Assembly: GCA_020891255.1 (NCBI GenBank)
Contig: BQFW01000006.1
Coordinates: 1,984,001-2,048,000 of the forward strand
Direction: 5' to 3'
DNA: 64,000 nt
DNA from: Entomortierella parvispora E1425
Taxonomy: Eukaryota; Fungi; Mortierellomycota
The translations under genes and the position numbers were made by a program. Every line of letters begins with the position of its first letter. Position 1 is the stretch's first letter. The notes under the pieces are model-generated. The model was not told where the DNA came from. It ran no database searches and saw only the letters and a program-made list of their open reading frames with translations. Shown here piece after piece: positions 12,770 through 24,200 of this stretch.

Positions 12770-13433
12770 AAACCTGGAAACCTTGGCTCTTCCACAATTA
12801 TTTCAAGGAGGAGAGTTTATGAGGTTGATCCGTGTCATGCCACGTTTGACGATGCTGAATGTGCACAACGCGACACACTTTGGCGATAGTATATGGTCCA
12901 TCATGAAGTGGTCAACACATCACATGAACACGCTCCGGATCTTGGATGTGCGATCCACCAGTGTTGACGCGCGCATGTTGATCGATATGCTCTGCTCTCT
13001 GCCCAACCTGGAAGTCTTCCGAGGAGATTCCATCACAGATCGGGACCTGCGAAAGGATTCTCGACCCTGGATTTGTCAAAGAACGCTAAGGCGTCTCGAG
13101 CTGGATTACGAAATCACGACCCAGAAGAAACTTGTCTCCCAGCGTCTGGTCATCAGTCGACTGGAGAAATTAGACCAGCTGGAGTATTTAATCATGGCCC
13201 AGTCTCGTTTGCCCCTGGATCTGTCCGAGCCGAACGGGATACTGGCTGGCTTGAAGACCCTCAGGCACCTCAAGGCACTCTCGCTCGAGTCGCAGGAATG
13301 GTATTTCAGTTGCAATTGGGGCCTGGCTGAGACCGCGTGGGTTCGAGAGAACTGGCCAAAGTTGAACTATGTCGACGGTGTTCAATACAAAGAGGAGGTG
13401 GGGGAAGGGGACCAATTCCCCAAGTCTCAATAA
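12770..13433 (+). pseudogene. F-box/LRR array copy 7, 5'-truncated (C-terminal LRRs only, no F-box)
   Basis: Homology begins abruptly at NLETLALP (~12770). Upstream sequence is spacer-like. The 3' part is intact to EEVGEGDQFPKSQ*. Confidence 0.8.
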
Positions 13434-13574
13434 GGACTCAATAGGGGCGATCATGCAAGAGGAGGAAGGCCTTGTCCATGCTTGGGACACGTATTGGTAC
13501 CATGTTGTCCTGAAAATGAAAATGAAATCCAGCATTGACATTCCTTCACATCTTTCCTTCACCACATCGACATC

Positions 13575-15353
13575 ATGGAAGAACCGGCTCTGCTGTTAGG
13601 AGCAGCATCAGGATTGACAACCTCTGCTACTGGATCTCAGGGTCAGGAGACTCCCTCTTTGTCGCCAGCTCTGCCCTCTGGAGGCATACCGGGCGCCTTA
13701 GCTCTCACTACCGTACCACAGGGGTACAAGAATCCTTCACCACTCGAGATCTCAGAGCTCCTGACCCGCATTGTGAGTCTTGTGGATCAGACCACCCTCT
13801 TGGCTTGTCAGGTAGTGTGTAAGGAATGGCGCAGGACGCTCGAGTTCTTGATTTGGAGAGACCTGAAGCTCGTTCAACTTGGCAATCGTTTCAAACAACC
13901 CATGACCGACAACTGTATCCGCCAGCACGCGCCTTTGGTCCAGCGGCTCTCGATCTGCGTCGACCCTCGGTATTATCAACCAAGCAGTGGGAATCTGGAC
14001 AATAATCTCTGTCTCCGGACCACTGATTTTCCAAAGCTTACGTCGCTCGAGATTGGGATCCAGCTTGGTTTACTCTATTGGAGTAGCCAGACCGAGGAAA
14101 TGGTGTATCTGACGTACAAGTTGTTCAGGTTGATGTTGGACAGCAGCTCTTTACTCAGTGGTGGAGGTCAAGGGTTTCCAATGCTTCAGGTGTTGAAGAT
14201 CGCCGACCTCCAATTCAAGTTCTTACCTCGCGAGTGGATGACCCTTTGGGAAACACTTTGGTCCCGCCTCCAAGTTCTTTCGTTGACTGGCCATTGGTGG
14301 GGATATTATCAAGTCTTTCCGGAAGAGGAGAATATGGACGACATTGATGATGATAGGCCATGGCAGAGATACGAGGAGTTGTGCAACAAGGACGAGATGC
14401 AAAAACTGGCCAGGAGACATGGACCGTCATGGACGATGCGGGACTTGACCCTTATCAGCTACAGTAGAGATATGAATAGAGGCGTGTACGAGATACAGAG
14501 CTGGATGGTGGGACAATGCCCTGATCTCGTTCGATTAAAATGGAGTGTCGACTGGTATCTGGAGGCGGAACAAAGGCCCATGGAGCTAATACGAGACCTC
14601 GTTATGGAGGGGAGTCAACTCAACCCACCTCAGTTCCAGGAGCTGGAAACCCTGGATCTTCCGCGGCAATTTTACGGGGAAGAGTTTGTGGACCTGATCG
14701 ATGCCATGCCACGTTTGACGATGCTGAAAATGGAGGACGTAAAAGAGTTTGAGGAAAACCCATGGATCTTGCTGAAGGCCACAGCACCACGCCATTTGAA
14801 TACGCTCCGGATCCTGGATGTGCGATGCTCGGGTGTGGGCTCGCACACGTTGATCGATATGCTCTGTTCTCTGCCCAACCTGGAGGTCTTCCAAGGAGAT
14901 ACTATTACGGATCTGCACCTGAGAGAGGATCCTCGACCATGGGCCTGTCGGGGAGCTTTAAGGCGTCTTGAGTTGGATTTCAAAATCACGACCCAGAGGC
15001 GAGTCCTTTCCCAGAGTTTGATTGTCAGTCGGTTGGCCGAAATGGAGCAACTGGAGGATTTGAGAGTGTCCTGTTCCCCTTTGCGCCTGGATCTGTCCAA
15101 GCCAAAGGGGATGCTGGAGAGGTTAAAGACGCTCAAGCACCTGAAGACACTCTCACTCGAGTCGCGTAACGAAAACTTCAATTGCGATTGGGGCCAAGTA
15201 GAGTTGGCTTGGGTCCGAGAGAACTGGCCAAAATTGAAGTACGTGGATTGGATCGAGTACAAAGATGAGGTGAAGGAGGAGGACAAATTCCCTCGCACCC
15301 CTCCGGTTGAGGAGCAAAAAAGTGAACGTTATTACACAAGCCGAAACAAATAA
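13575..15353 (+). CDS. F-box/LRR protein, array copy 8, 592 aa
   Basis: Collinear paralogue with a short C-terminal extension. Confidence 0.9.
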   Translation: MEEPALLLGAASGLTTSATGSQGQETPSLSPALPSGGIPGALALTTVPQGYKNPSPLEISELLTRIVSLVDQTTLLACQVVCKEWRRTLEFLIWRDLKLVQLGNRFKQPMTDNCIRQHAPLVQRLSICVDPRYYQPSSGNLDNNLCLRTTDFPKLTSLEIGIQLGLLYWSSQTEEMVYLTYKLFRLMLDSSSLLSGGGQGFPMLQVLKIADLQFKFLPREWMTLWETLWSRLQVLSLTGHWWGYYQVFPEEENMDDIDDDRPWQRYEELCNKDEMQKLARRHGPSWTMRDLTLISYSRDMNRGVYEIQSWMVGQCPDLVRLKWSVDWYLEAEQRPMELIRDLVMEGSQLNPPQFQELETLDLPRQFYGEEFVDLIDAMPRLTMLKMEDVKEFEENPWILLKATAPRHLNTLRILDVRCSGVGSHTLIDMLCSLPNLEVFQGDTITDLHLREDPRPWACRGALRRLELDFKITTQRRVLSQSLIVSRLAEMEQLEDLRVSCSPLRLDLSKPKGMLERLKTLKHLKTLSLESRNENFNCDWGQVELAWVRENWPKLKYVDWIEYKDEVKEEDKFPRTPPVEEQKSERYYTSRNK

Positions 15354-15516
15354 AAAAAAAACATGTAATTGGAGTGAAGGAGCTACCCTCGAAGAGTTGG
15401 ATGAGGCCATTGATTCTGGGGCGCGATCGCGTCTGTCATACTCTAGAGATCAAGGTATTGTATTTATTACGAACGACGACTCTCCTGTTTTCTAAGGATT
15501 TTTCTTTCAATTTTTT

Positions 15517-16899
15517 TTACAGTCTAGCCTTGACAACAGTCGAACCCTGAGCATAGGATCGGATGTTCATGCCTTTCTTGGTCCGCGTGATATGGATCCG
15601 GTGCTTATGTCCTGGCGTCACCTTCAAGGAATGTTCCTCGTCGCCAGGCAAGATCCCACTCAAATGCAGTCCCTTTTCATCCTGTGACTCCAGCGCAAAC
15701 TCGGGCATGATGGTCAAAATCTCTCGGCCCTGGAAATGTGCCACCAGATCCTCATGGCGTTGGATGGGCAACAGATGTGCCAAGGTGACAAACTGAGGGG
15801 GCAAAAAGGTCTGAATCTCATTGTTGCGATACGCTTCAATCGCCTCCTCGGGTGTGTGCCAGTCCAGTCGTGTCGTCTCGGTGCCGTCCGCAAACACGCG
15901 CGAGTCTGAAAAGGAGTCTCGCGACCAAGGAAGCACTGTCAGGTAGAAGTGGGTATGGAATCGCTTGGCCTCAACTGGGGGTGTGATCCAAGAGGAGAAG
16001 TGGCAGAGACGGCCGACCGCAGGCTTGAGGTTGTGGGTGATGCACAGGTTGTAGAACTCTTCGGCGTTGTTGTGTACCTAATGAATGAGGGCGGAGAGAA
16101 TGCTTGTGAGACGAGGGCTCATTGGATCTCTGCAATTTCGCTATCTACTCCCTTACCTTCTCGCGCCAGATCCTGATCTCATGGTTTGAAAGCTCGGTAG
16201 GAGGATCAGACACAAGAACACCAGACTCCTCAAAGGCCTCGCGAATGGCGCAGATCTCGCTGAACAGGGGAGGGGCGTCTGGTTTGGGCGTGTAGTTCAG
16301 GAGAGTGGCCCATCGAGGATCATGATCTGCTTTCTCCACGTTGCCTCCTACATGTTTGCATTTGGATATCATGTTAGTCAGAGCAGGGGTGAACAAGGGA
16401 AAGAGGAAAGAGAAGCAAGAGGCAGTACCAGGAAAGACGTGCGCGCTGGCAGCGGTGCCTTTGCGACTGCGTTGAAGGAGTAGGATTTTGTAGTTGGCTT
16501 TTCCAGGCTGCACCTTGGACTTTGAAATGGGGGCAGCGATAATAAGCGAAGACGAGGGTCGAAGCTGTGCCCTTTCCTCAGCCGTTATTTGGGCTAGCAA
16601 AGAAGTATGGGCAATATTCAGTTAGGTGCGGCTCGAGAAGACAAAAAGAGTGAAACGGCAATTAGAAGCTTACACATGGTGGTGTATCGAGATTGTTGTT
16701 GAAAGTGGATGCGATTGTTGGGGGGATGAACCACTGATGTACAGTTGGACCGTTGGAGCTGCAGGCGACTGTGGGGTGATGGAGTTCTGACGGATGGCTT
16801 GAGGGTTGTCAACGAATGAGAAGAGAAGAGTCGGATGGTCCTGGATGAAAGATTCCCCAATCGCTCTCGGGTCGAGGAGGCGAGCGCAATCTTCAGCAT
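15517..16899 (-). CDS. NUDT19: NUDT19-like Nudix hydrolase (acyl-CoA diphosphatase type); exons 16899(or 16677)-16674, 16593-16429, 16347-16157, 16077-15517
   Basis: Motifs RPSSSLII, ILLLQR...HVFPGG, Nudix box ICAIREAFEESGV, WITPPVEAKRFHTHFY and DGTET...W.TP. C-terminal ARL* is a PTS1. Confidence 0.85.
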
Positions 16900-17122
16900 G
16901 GACGGGAGGTGGTGGTCACTCGGCTCGCTCAAGTGTTTGTGGAGAAAATAAAGAGACAAAGAGGAAAATTGCTTCCAGGTGTGGAAAGTCGCATTCCTTG
17001 CTCCTGCTGCAGGTCGCGAGGTCGCCCACTAGTTCCTAGTGGAGGGGAGCTCAAACACACACCATTCGCCAATTTTCTAAATGGGGGGACAGTCGTGGGA
17101 ATATCGGACAGTGAACATCCAG

Positions 17123-18737
17123 CTAGGCATGGCTCTGATCTGCTCTGAAGGTGCAGTCGTACGAAGAATCGCTTACCAGCCTCTTGGACCTCATGACCTC
17201 TGCAACCCGCACGGGTCCGAAGGCCGCTCCAGCGGATTGGCTCACTACAGGAGCAGCCGTGTCGTCTTCGTTGAAGAGATCCGAGTCGATCCTTGAGTAA
17301 TCTCTCTTTGAACCGTTGGATACCTGGTCACTCCTCGTCTTGGATATGAAGAGCTGCAGATCGGTCGCGTACTTCCAGGACGATCCCAAGCCAGGTTTGA
17401 CTTTGTTGGTGGATAGGATTGATGGCGCCTGTTGTTCATTCTCTGATAGTAACACCGTAGAAGTCACGACCTACACAAGCGTCTTGTTAGTAGAGAATGG
17501 CCTCAAGAATGAACATTATGATATATCAATTACTTACCAAGACAGTCAGGGCGTATTGTTGGGCCATGCCTCGCAGCACTCGCATCGTATGCATCATTGT
17601 TGCATGTCCTGGAACGGGAAATGGGTCTTTGTTAGAAACGGCGCGGCCTAGAAGCAGTAGCCTCATTCATGGAAAGCTTCATACCCACTCCATCCGAGAG
17701 GCGGAGGACACCATTCATAGTACGGGCCAAAGAGTCAATGACAACTAGCCTTGAAGCCGAAGGGGAATCTGGGTCTGGCAATTCTAAAGTCTTTTTCAGA
17801 CTCTCCAGAATGTCAAGGACCTCGTAAGCATCCTGGCAGACAAAAACTTGGATTCTAGACAAGATGCTCGAGATGACCTCCTATAAAGTGAATCGACCAC
17901 GTGAGTTCATGGGGGTCTTTGAAATCTATTGTTGCTGGTGCCACCCGTCATTCACGAGAGGCACTCTACCTCGATATCTTGTCCTTGATCCAGTTGCTGC
18001 TGCTGAATACGCGCACGAGAAAAATCTGAGGCAAGCTGCGCCGAGAAGCCTCCTGAGTGGGCGTCGATCCAGATGACCAGGGCAGTAGAGTCCGTCAATA
18101 AAAGATCAACAGCAGAATGCAGGCACATAACAGTTTTTCCAGCACCGATCGACGAACAGATCTCGCTGATCTCGCCACTGCGCCATCCTCCGTCCAGCAA
18201 CCTGTCAAGGCTTTGACAAACACACACAATTCTATTAGATTCAAAACGTAGGAGGATGGGAACGTACTTTCATGGAACTTACTTTTGCCATCCCGTGGAC
18301 AGCGTCTCTGTCTTTTTGGACTGTGTTAGTGTATCAGAGGCTGTCTTTGGGGCTGGGATCGCTTGCAGCATCTTAGGAAACAAGATTCGATCCAGCAGAC
18401 TATCAATGTCCTGAATATTTGCCAGAGGAATGTCAATGCGCCAAGTCAATGTATTGCGGAGACATGTCGCATGACCTAATGCAGTCGATTCACCTACCAC
18501 CTTCCGAATGCGTCCGTCCGTCTTTGCAACGATGCTGTTGGATTCAAGGGTCAGGGCGGCATCTACCCAACGAGAGCATGTCACTGTGTTTAATTCCATG
18601 GCTCATGCATGTTGGTCAAGAAAAGAGAAAGAGACACGGCGCGTACCAGTCTTGATCCCGAGAGCAAGGATATCGCTGAGCAGGTCCCTGTCCTGCTGGG
18701 CCAGGTCGTCCTCCAGGTATGTCTTGAGCAAGGGCAT
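17123..18737 (-). CDS. RAD51D: RAD51 paralogue, RAD51D-like; multi-exon, 3' end uncertain
   Basis: LSTGW.NLDRLLDGGWRSGEISEICSSIGAGKT (Walker A), LVVIDSL (Walker B) and KPGLGSSW, typical of RAD51D. Exon 1 is 18737-18647. Confidence 0.8.
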
Positions 18738-18824
18738 GGTCCTGCAGCATGGGTCAAAGGGAATGAGATGCAAAGCGCGACTCCTTGTTGCCACCATTTT
18801 CTTTTTTTTTTTTCGTGACTGTTG

Positions 18825-18830
18825 ACGCGT
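18825..18830. promoter_or_regulatory. MCB-like element ACGCGT about 90 bp upstream of the RAD51D start
   Basis: Exact ACGCGT. MCB elements drive G1/S and DNA-repair genes in ascomycete yeasts, but a single hexamer can occur by chance. Confidence 0.25.
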
Positions 18831-21247
18831 CCATTTTTTTTTTTTCTTTTCCTCGCCCTTGTCGTATTATTAGCGACCAGAGGAGGGAGCATTGCTGCCA
18901 ACCTGCTTGACAGCCAGCATAGTGCACGTTTATGGCAAGGTTGGCGCCGGCAACTGGGAATGTGCTACAAGAGCTCCCGCCAAAAACAATTTATATTTCT
19001 TTTTGATGAATGTCTCCCATTCTGCAGGCTCACTCGCTGGCGCCTTGGCTCCAGAGACACAGGGCTATTATCGGATGCAGGTGCCATCATGGCGACTCTG
19101 CTGTCAGCAGGGGTTTAGCACTGCTAAGAGAAACCCCTCGAGAGGGATGTTCTTGATGAGTGCTCTTCTGGAGGTGAACAGGATTTCAACAAAGCAGCAA
19201 ACAACGGGTCTCATTTGCTGGTTCTTCCGCTGGAGATTTTTTTTGAAAAAAAAATATAACTGCGCGCGTCCAGCCCTTGGTGGAACTATGATCGATTGCT
19301 CTCTGGACTTTCTTGATTGCCAACGAGAGCAATTGACATGAGCAGGGCCGTTGTTGGTCGTCACTTTTAGCAAGCTCTTTGAGTTCCAGCCTTTCACCAC
19401 CACCGCCAGTAGGAGTTGAGTGAGCTGAGGGGGAGAGCTGGGGCGGCGGCAACCAGCAGCCAAGGGCGAGATAGTGCAGACTTTCTTGACCTCTTTTTTC
19501 CTCCATTTTCGTTTCCTTCTTTCCTTTCCTCCTCCCCTTTTTGTTTCTTTGTTCCTCTTTGTCCCTCCTTTGCAAAAAAAGTCCTCCCCCCGGAACGTTC
19601 CCTTAGTCCATCGGAGTTGACCAAGGGTTCCACCCCATTTTTGTTCTCTTTCTCCTAATTAAAAGCATTAAAGCACCTTTTTGGCTTGTCCAACTTTCTC
19701 CCTTTGTCCCTACTCTCCTCTTTTCGCTCGACACACGACAGAAACACCGCACCAACGAACCCTTCCCGGCCACGAAGACACATCCTTCGCCTCATTTCAT
19801 ACCATTCCATTCCCTGTGCACCCTGCCCCTGGTCACTCGAAACAATTATCCCTTCTCCTCTTCTGTCCTACCTCTTGCAGTCAAAAAAGAACAAAGAACA
19901 GACCATGCCATCATCCTAAGAACAAACCCGTCGATTTTATTTTCATAGTTCTCCTTTTGTACTCTTTTCTCCTGTCTCTTTCTCTATCACTCGCTCTTTC
20001 TTGCGCCGTCCCCCTACATTTTTTTTCCTTCTCTCGCCCTCTCCTGTTTTCTGCTGACATCAAAACAAGCAAACAAAAAAGGAGCAAGTGGCTCGAACAG
20101 ACCAGACAAAAAAGAGATAAAATACGTGATGCAAGCGAGTCCCAGGTAGGAACAGACGCAGAAAAACAACAAGAACCAGGAAGGACATAAAAAAGTCCAA
20201 GCGACCTTGCAGCTTTGCAAAAACGGTTGTGGGTGGCACAGTTGTTGAGATACCTCCGTTGCAATATCCCATGCCACAATTTGCCCATTGCTTCTTCTTC
20301 CCGAGTTGGAACCTTGGAAAGAAGGAGAAGGGAAGGGAAGGAAGGGTTGCACTTGCAGCGCAAAAGCCCGATGGCAACCATCCACCCTCCACGGTGACTC
20401 TCCCATAGACAAGACATCTCGCGCTGATCTCCCTTCCTTCCCGTCCCATCCCATCCGACTTGCTCCCCCTTGTTTCCTCCCCCTCCTTCCCTCATTGCTA
20501 GGATGGAGGAAGCGAGCCGGAAGAGAGAGCGAGATAAAGAGAGAGAAAGAAAGAAAGAGCAAATTGATCATCCCAAACTAACCATTCGTTCTCTCTTTAT
20601 TTCCACTCTGCCTGTGAGCAACCCAACAGACACTCATAAACACACATACGATCCCAGCCCAGATTCATCATCTCTCTCCTTTCATCTACATTCAGTCCAT
20701 CCATTCAATCCTTCGACCTGTCATCTCATCGGATCATCCCCATCCCACTCGTACACACCCACACCGACCCAAAGGTAACCCACCCCACCACCACCGGACG
20801 CGTCTCTCTCCCTTCGCGCGACAACACACACACACTGTCACCTCCCACGCGAACACGAAACTCACCTCCCACGTTGTTTTTTTTTTTCTTTTTTGTGTTT
20901 TTCCTTTCCCTGTTTTCCCCTGCTTGTCCTTTGTCTTCTCCTTTGTGCTTTCCCTCTTTGTCCGATGGTATCTTACATTGCACAATCCAATCCTTTGCCT
21001 CCCACGCTCCACCTTGCCCCCCTGTTTTTATTAGTTTCCACGTTTTCTCCCCCTCTCTTCTATTTTCAGCCATCTCTCTCCTCTCTCTCGGCCACCCTCT
21101 CTTTCTCTTTCTCTCTCTCTTTCTCTCTCTCTCTTTCTCTCTTCACCCACACCCTCTCTTGCTTTCTGCACCCTCATTTTACTCATCCGCATTACTGCCC
21201 CTCCAACAGCATAGCCTCTCTCCCCGAGATCGTCATTTTTAGCTTGG

Positions 21248-24200
21248 ATGTTGACCCCAGTACCTGCGATCTTTGATCAGTCCGACGACTCTCTCAGCTT
21301 GCAACCATTTCACATATCATCATCATCACCATTACCGTCCTCCTCCTCAACAGATACACCCCAGCCACTCGATCCATACCAGCACAGCCCTTCATACACA
21401 TATAGCAGAGCCACCAGGACAGCCTCACAACGTTCATCCAAACTCTCAAAGACTTCACATCATCATCGTCACCGTCCCTCTAAACAGTTTGTCGCCACAA
21501 CCTCAAACGCCATCTTTGGCGACTGGGACCTAGACCTCAAGATTGAACACCGAACGAAAGGAAGGAACTCGAGTGTAGTCGGAACTGAAGCCGGAGCCGT
21601 TGCCACCGCAGGAGCAGGAGGCGGCAGCGGAGGAGCCGGACGGAGTGGAGGACGAGGAGGTGTACGGGGAGGCGGCTTTACCATTGGTCCTGGACCTGGG
21701 ATTCATACTGGATCCCTGGGCACCCAACCACTCTCCAGTTTTCCATCTGCGTCTCCTTCAATTGCAGCACCCACATCAATACCCGGCCGCCACCCGACCT
21801 CTTCTTCCATACCCAGCACACAGGCCCACAACACGGCCTTGAATATCCTGAAGGGTCAGCGGTCCAACCAATCGTTCCAAAATAACAAGATGGCATCCTT
21901 GCCCAAGGGCAGTGGCCTCACCTCTACTGCGCTCTCCAACAACAATGGCCAGCAGAAACACAAGAATAGCCAAAGGAACACGGATAACAACAGCAATGCG
22001 GTCGCTGCAAACAAAACGACAATCATGACAGCGGCATCGTCGTCACCAGCTCACAAACCCCCTGCGGCACAGAAGCACCTGCAGCAGGGTCGTCAGCAAC
22101 AACAACAACCTTTGGAACAAAAACAGCAGCTTCAGATCCAGCAACCAACATTGCCACAACAACAACAACAGCAAAATGGACTGACGGGCGAGAGCCATGG
22201 GACGACGCCTGCGTCTGGGTCAGCAAAGTCGGGCTTCCTGAGAGCGCTTGGAAAGTTCAAAAACAAGCACATGCTACAAAAGAGGTAAGGTTCCCAAGGT
22301 TACCAGTCGCTCTCGTTCTTCCTTCTATCCCAATGGCTAGTTTGCTCCCATACCATGGACTGGACCTACCATGATGACTCCAAAAGAAAAAAAAGTATCA
22401 AAAAAACTGACTTGTCGCGTTCCTTTTTCCCGTCTTCCCGTTCTCTGTGTCACGGCGGCCATGCGCTTCTTTCCTCTGCCCCTTTTTTCCCTTTGTACGC
22501 CCCGCCACATCCCCATTTCCCCAATGTCGCACAAAAACCTTTTATTTCTTTCTTCTTTACATAACAGGTCGAGCGCGCCTCCGCCCGCACACGAAAGCAT
22601 TGACCCCATGGCCTCGGCGGTTGATGACAATCGACGCGCCTCTTATGTTTTGCCCCCTATGCAGTTTGGAGAGTCAGATGTTCCAACAACAACAACAAGA
22701 GCAGCAGCCACAACTCTACCCGATAAAGCTTCCTCACCCTTACGTCAGCACTATGAGCAACAGCAATTACAGGCCCAGCCCGCACCGACCTCACCCACCT
22801 CTTCAGGAGACACGTTCAGGAGGACAGATTCGATGAACATGGATACCTTAGATACGCCAGCGTCTTCTGTGCAAGGAGATATGACAGAAAAGGTCTCGAA
22901 CCCTTCCTCGTCCTTGCGGGTCAAATTCAAGAACCGTGTCAGCAACACGTTGGCGTCCATGAAGTCTTCATCCAACATGCGCGATCGTGCCAAAGCCGAT
23001 CAACAGAACGCAGCATCAGGGACGGCAGCAGTAGGAGCAGGGGAAGGAGAATCGTCAGAGCCTTCACGACGGTTTTTGTTGGGCGACCGACGACAGTCCG
23101 CTCAGGCCAGTCTCCCCACACAAGATCAACAAAGCCAAGAGGTCAATGCCACGACGCCACCAAACACGCTCAAGAAGCGCTCATCTCGGAATTTTTGGAC
23201 ATTCCCACGCGTTCGACTGGACACGACGCCCACGACTGTGACCTCAAAACAGGGCTGGGAAGAGTCTGCGACCGTCTCCCCGACTGCCGATGCCTACGAT
23301 GAGGATGTAACCATGATGTCGCCCGATGCTGGACCTGGTGAGAATGTTGGACCTTACAGTCAAAATGCATTTGCAAGGTTGCATCATGAGCAGCAAGGAC
23401 TTGAATCTCAACAACAACAACAACAACATCAGCAGCAAGAAGGAAACCGTCAAGAGGATAGAGGAGAAGATTCTGATGACTCTATCGATATTATCCAACC
23501 AGCCGATTACCAGGATTATACCCAGTTTGCAGAACTCCCGCTCAAGAAGCGTAAAAAGATGGAACGGTCTCTTGCTGCTAGTCTCGCGGCCGAGACATCT
23601 TCACAAAATAGCAAGCGCCCCAACTCTGTGAGAGCCAGTGCAGATGCGATGCGACGGTTCTTGCTGCTGCAACAACAGCAAAAGGATGGCGGCGAACACT
23701 CCCTGGAGGCTGGCGCTGACGGTAGCAACATTACTGGCAACAACAGCAACAGCAACAACAACAAAAAGAAGAAAAACAAAAAGAACAAAGGACAGGCAAC
23801 CGAGGATACACTTGAAGTCGTTCTTAGTCGCGAAATGGGTCCCCCTCCAGTACCTGCCACCAACAAGGCCAACAAGAGGCCTCAACTCTCGACCTCCTCC
23901 CTTGATTCAACCGATCAGATTCCCAAACGACCCACGACAACTGCAACTCAGGGTGGTGGTGGCGCTTCAGATTGGCGACGATCGTTCTTAAAGTCGCTGC
24001 ATCTCGGTCGTGGTCTGCCAAAGAAGAAGGGTGGCCCACTCATTGTTCAGGAGCATCAGTCCCCCGCCTCGTCATCACAAGTGGTCACTACCAGTGTGGA
24101 GGAGCAAGGGAGAGCAAGTCGTTCCGGAAGCGTTCGTTCCACTCGATCCAGATCCTTGGTAACTGCAACGCATCCTGCACTCTTGGCCACTACCATGGTC

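Noticed and set aside
15307-15495. 62-aa ORF overlapping the end of copy 8
   Set aside because: Short, starts at a non-ATG codon, lies in the convergent 3' UTR zone and has no family motif.
18850-21247. Many overlapping short ORFs between RAD51D and the disordered-protein gene
   Set aside because: They derive from CT/GA-rich low-complexity DNA, with no codon bias or domains. Treated as a divergent promoter/UTR region.
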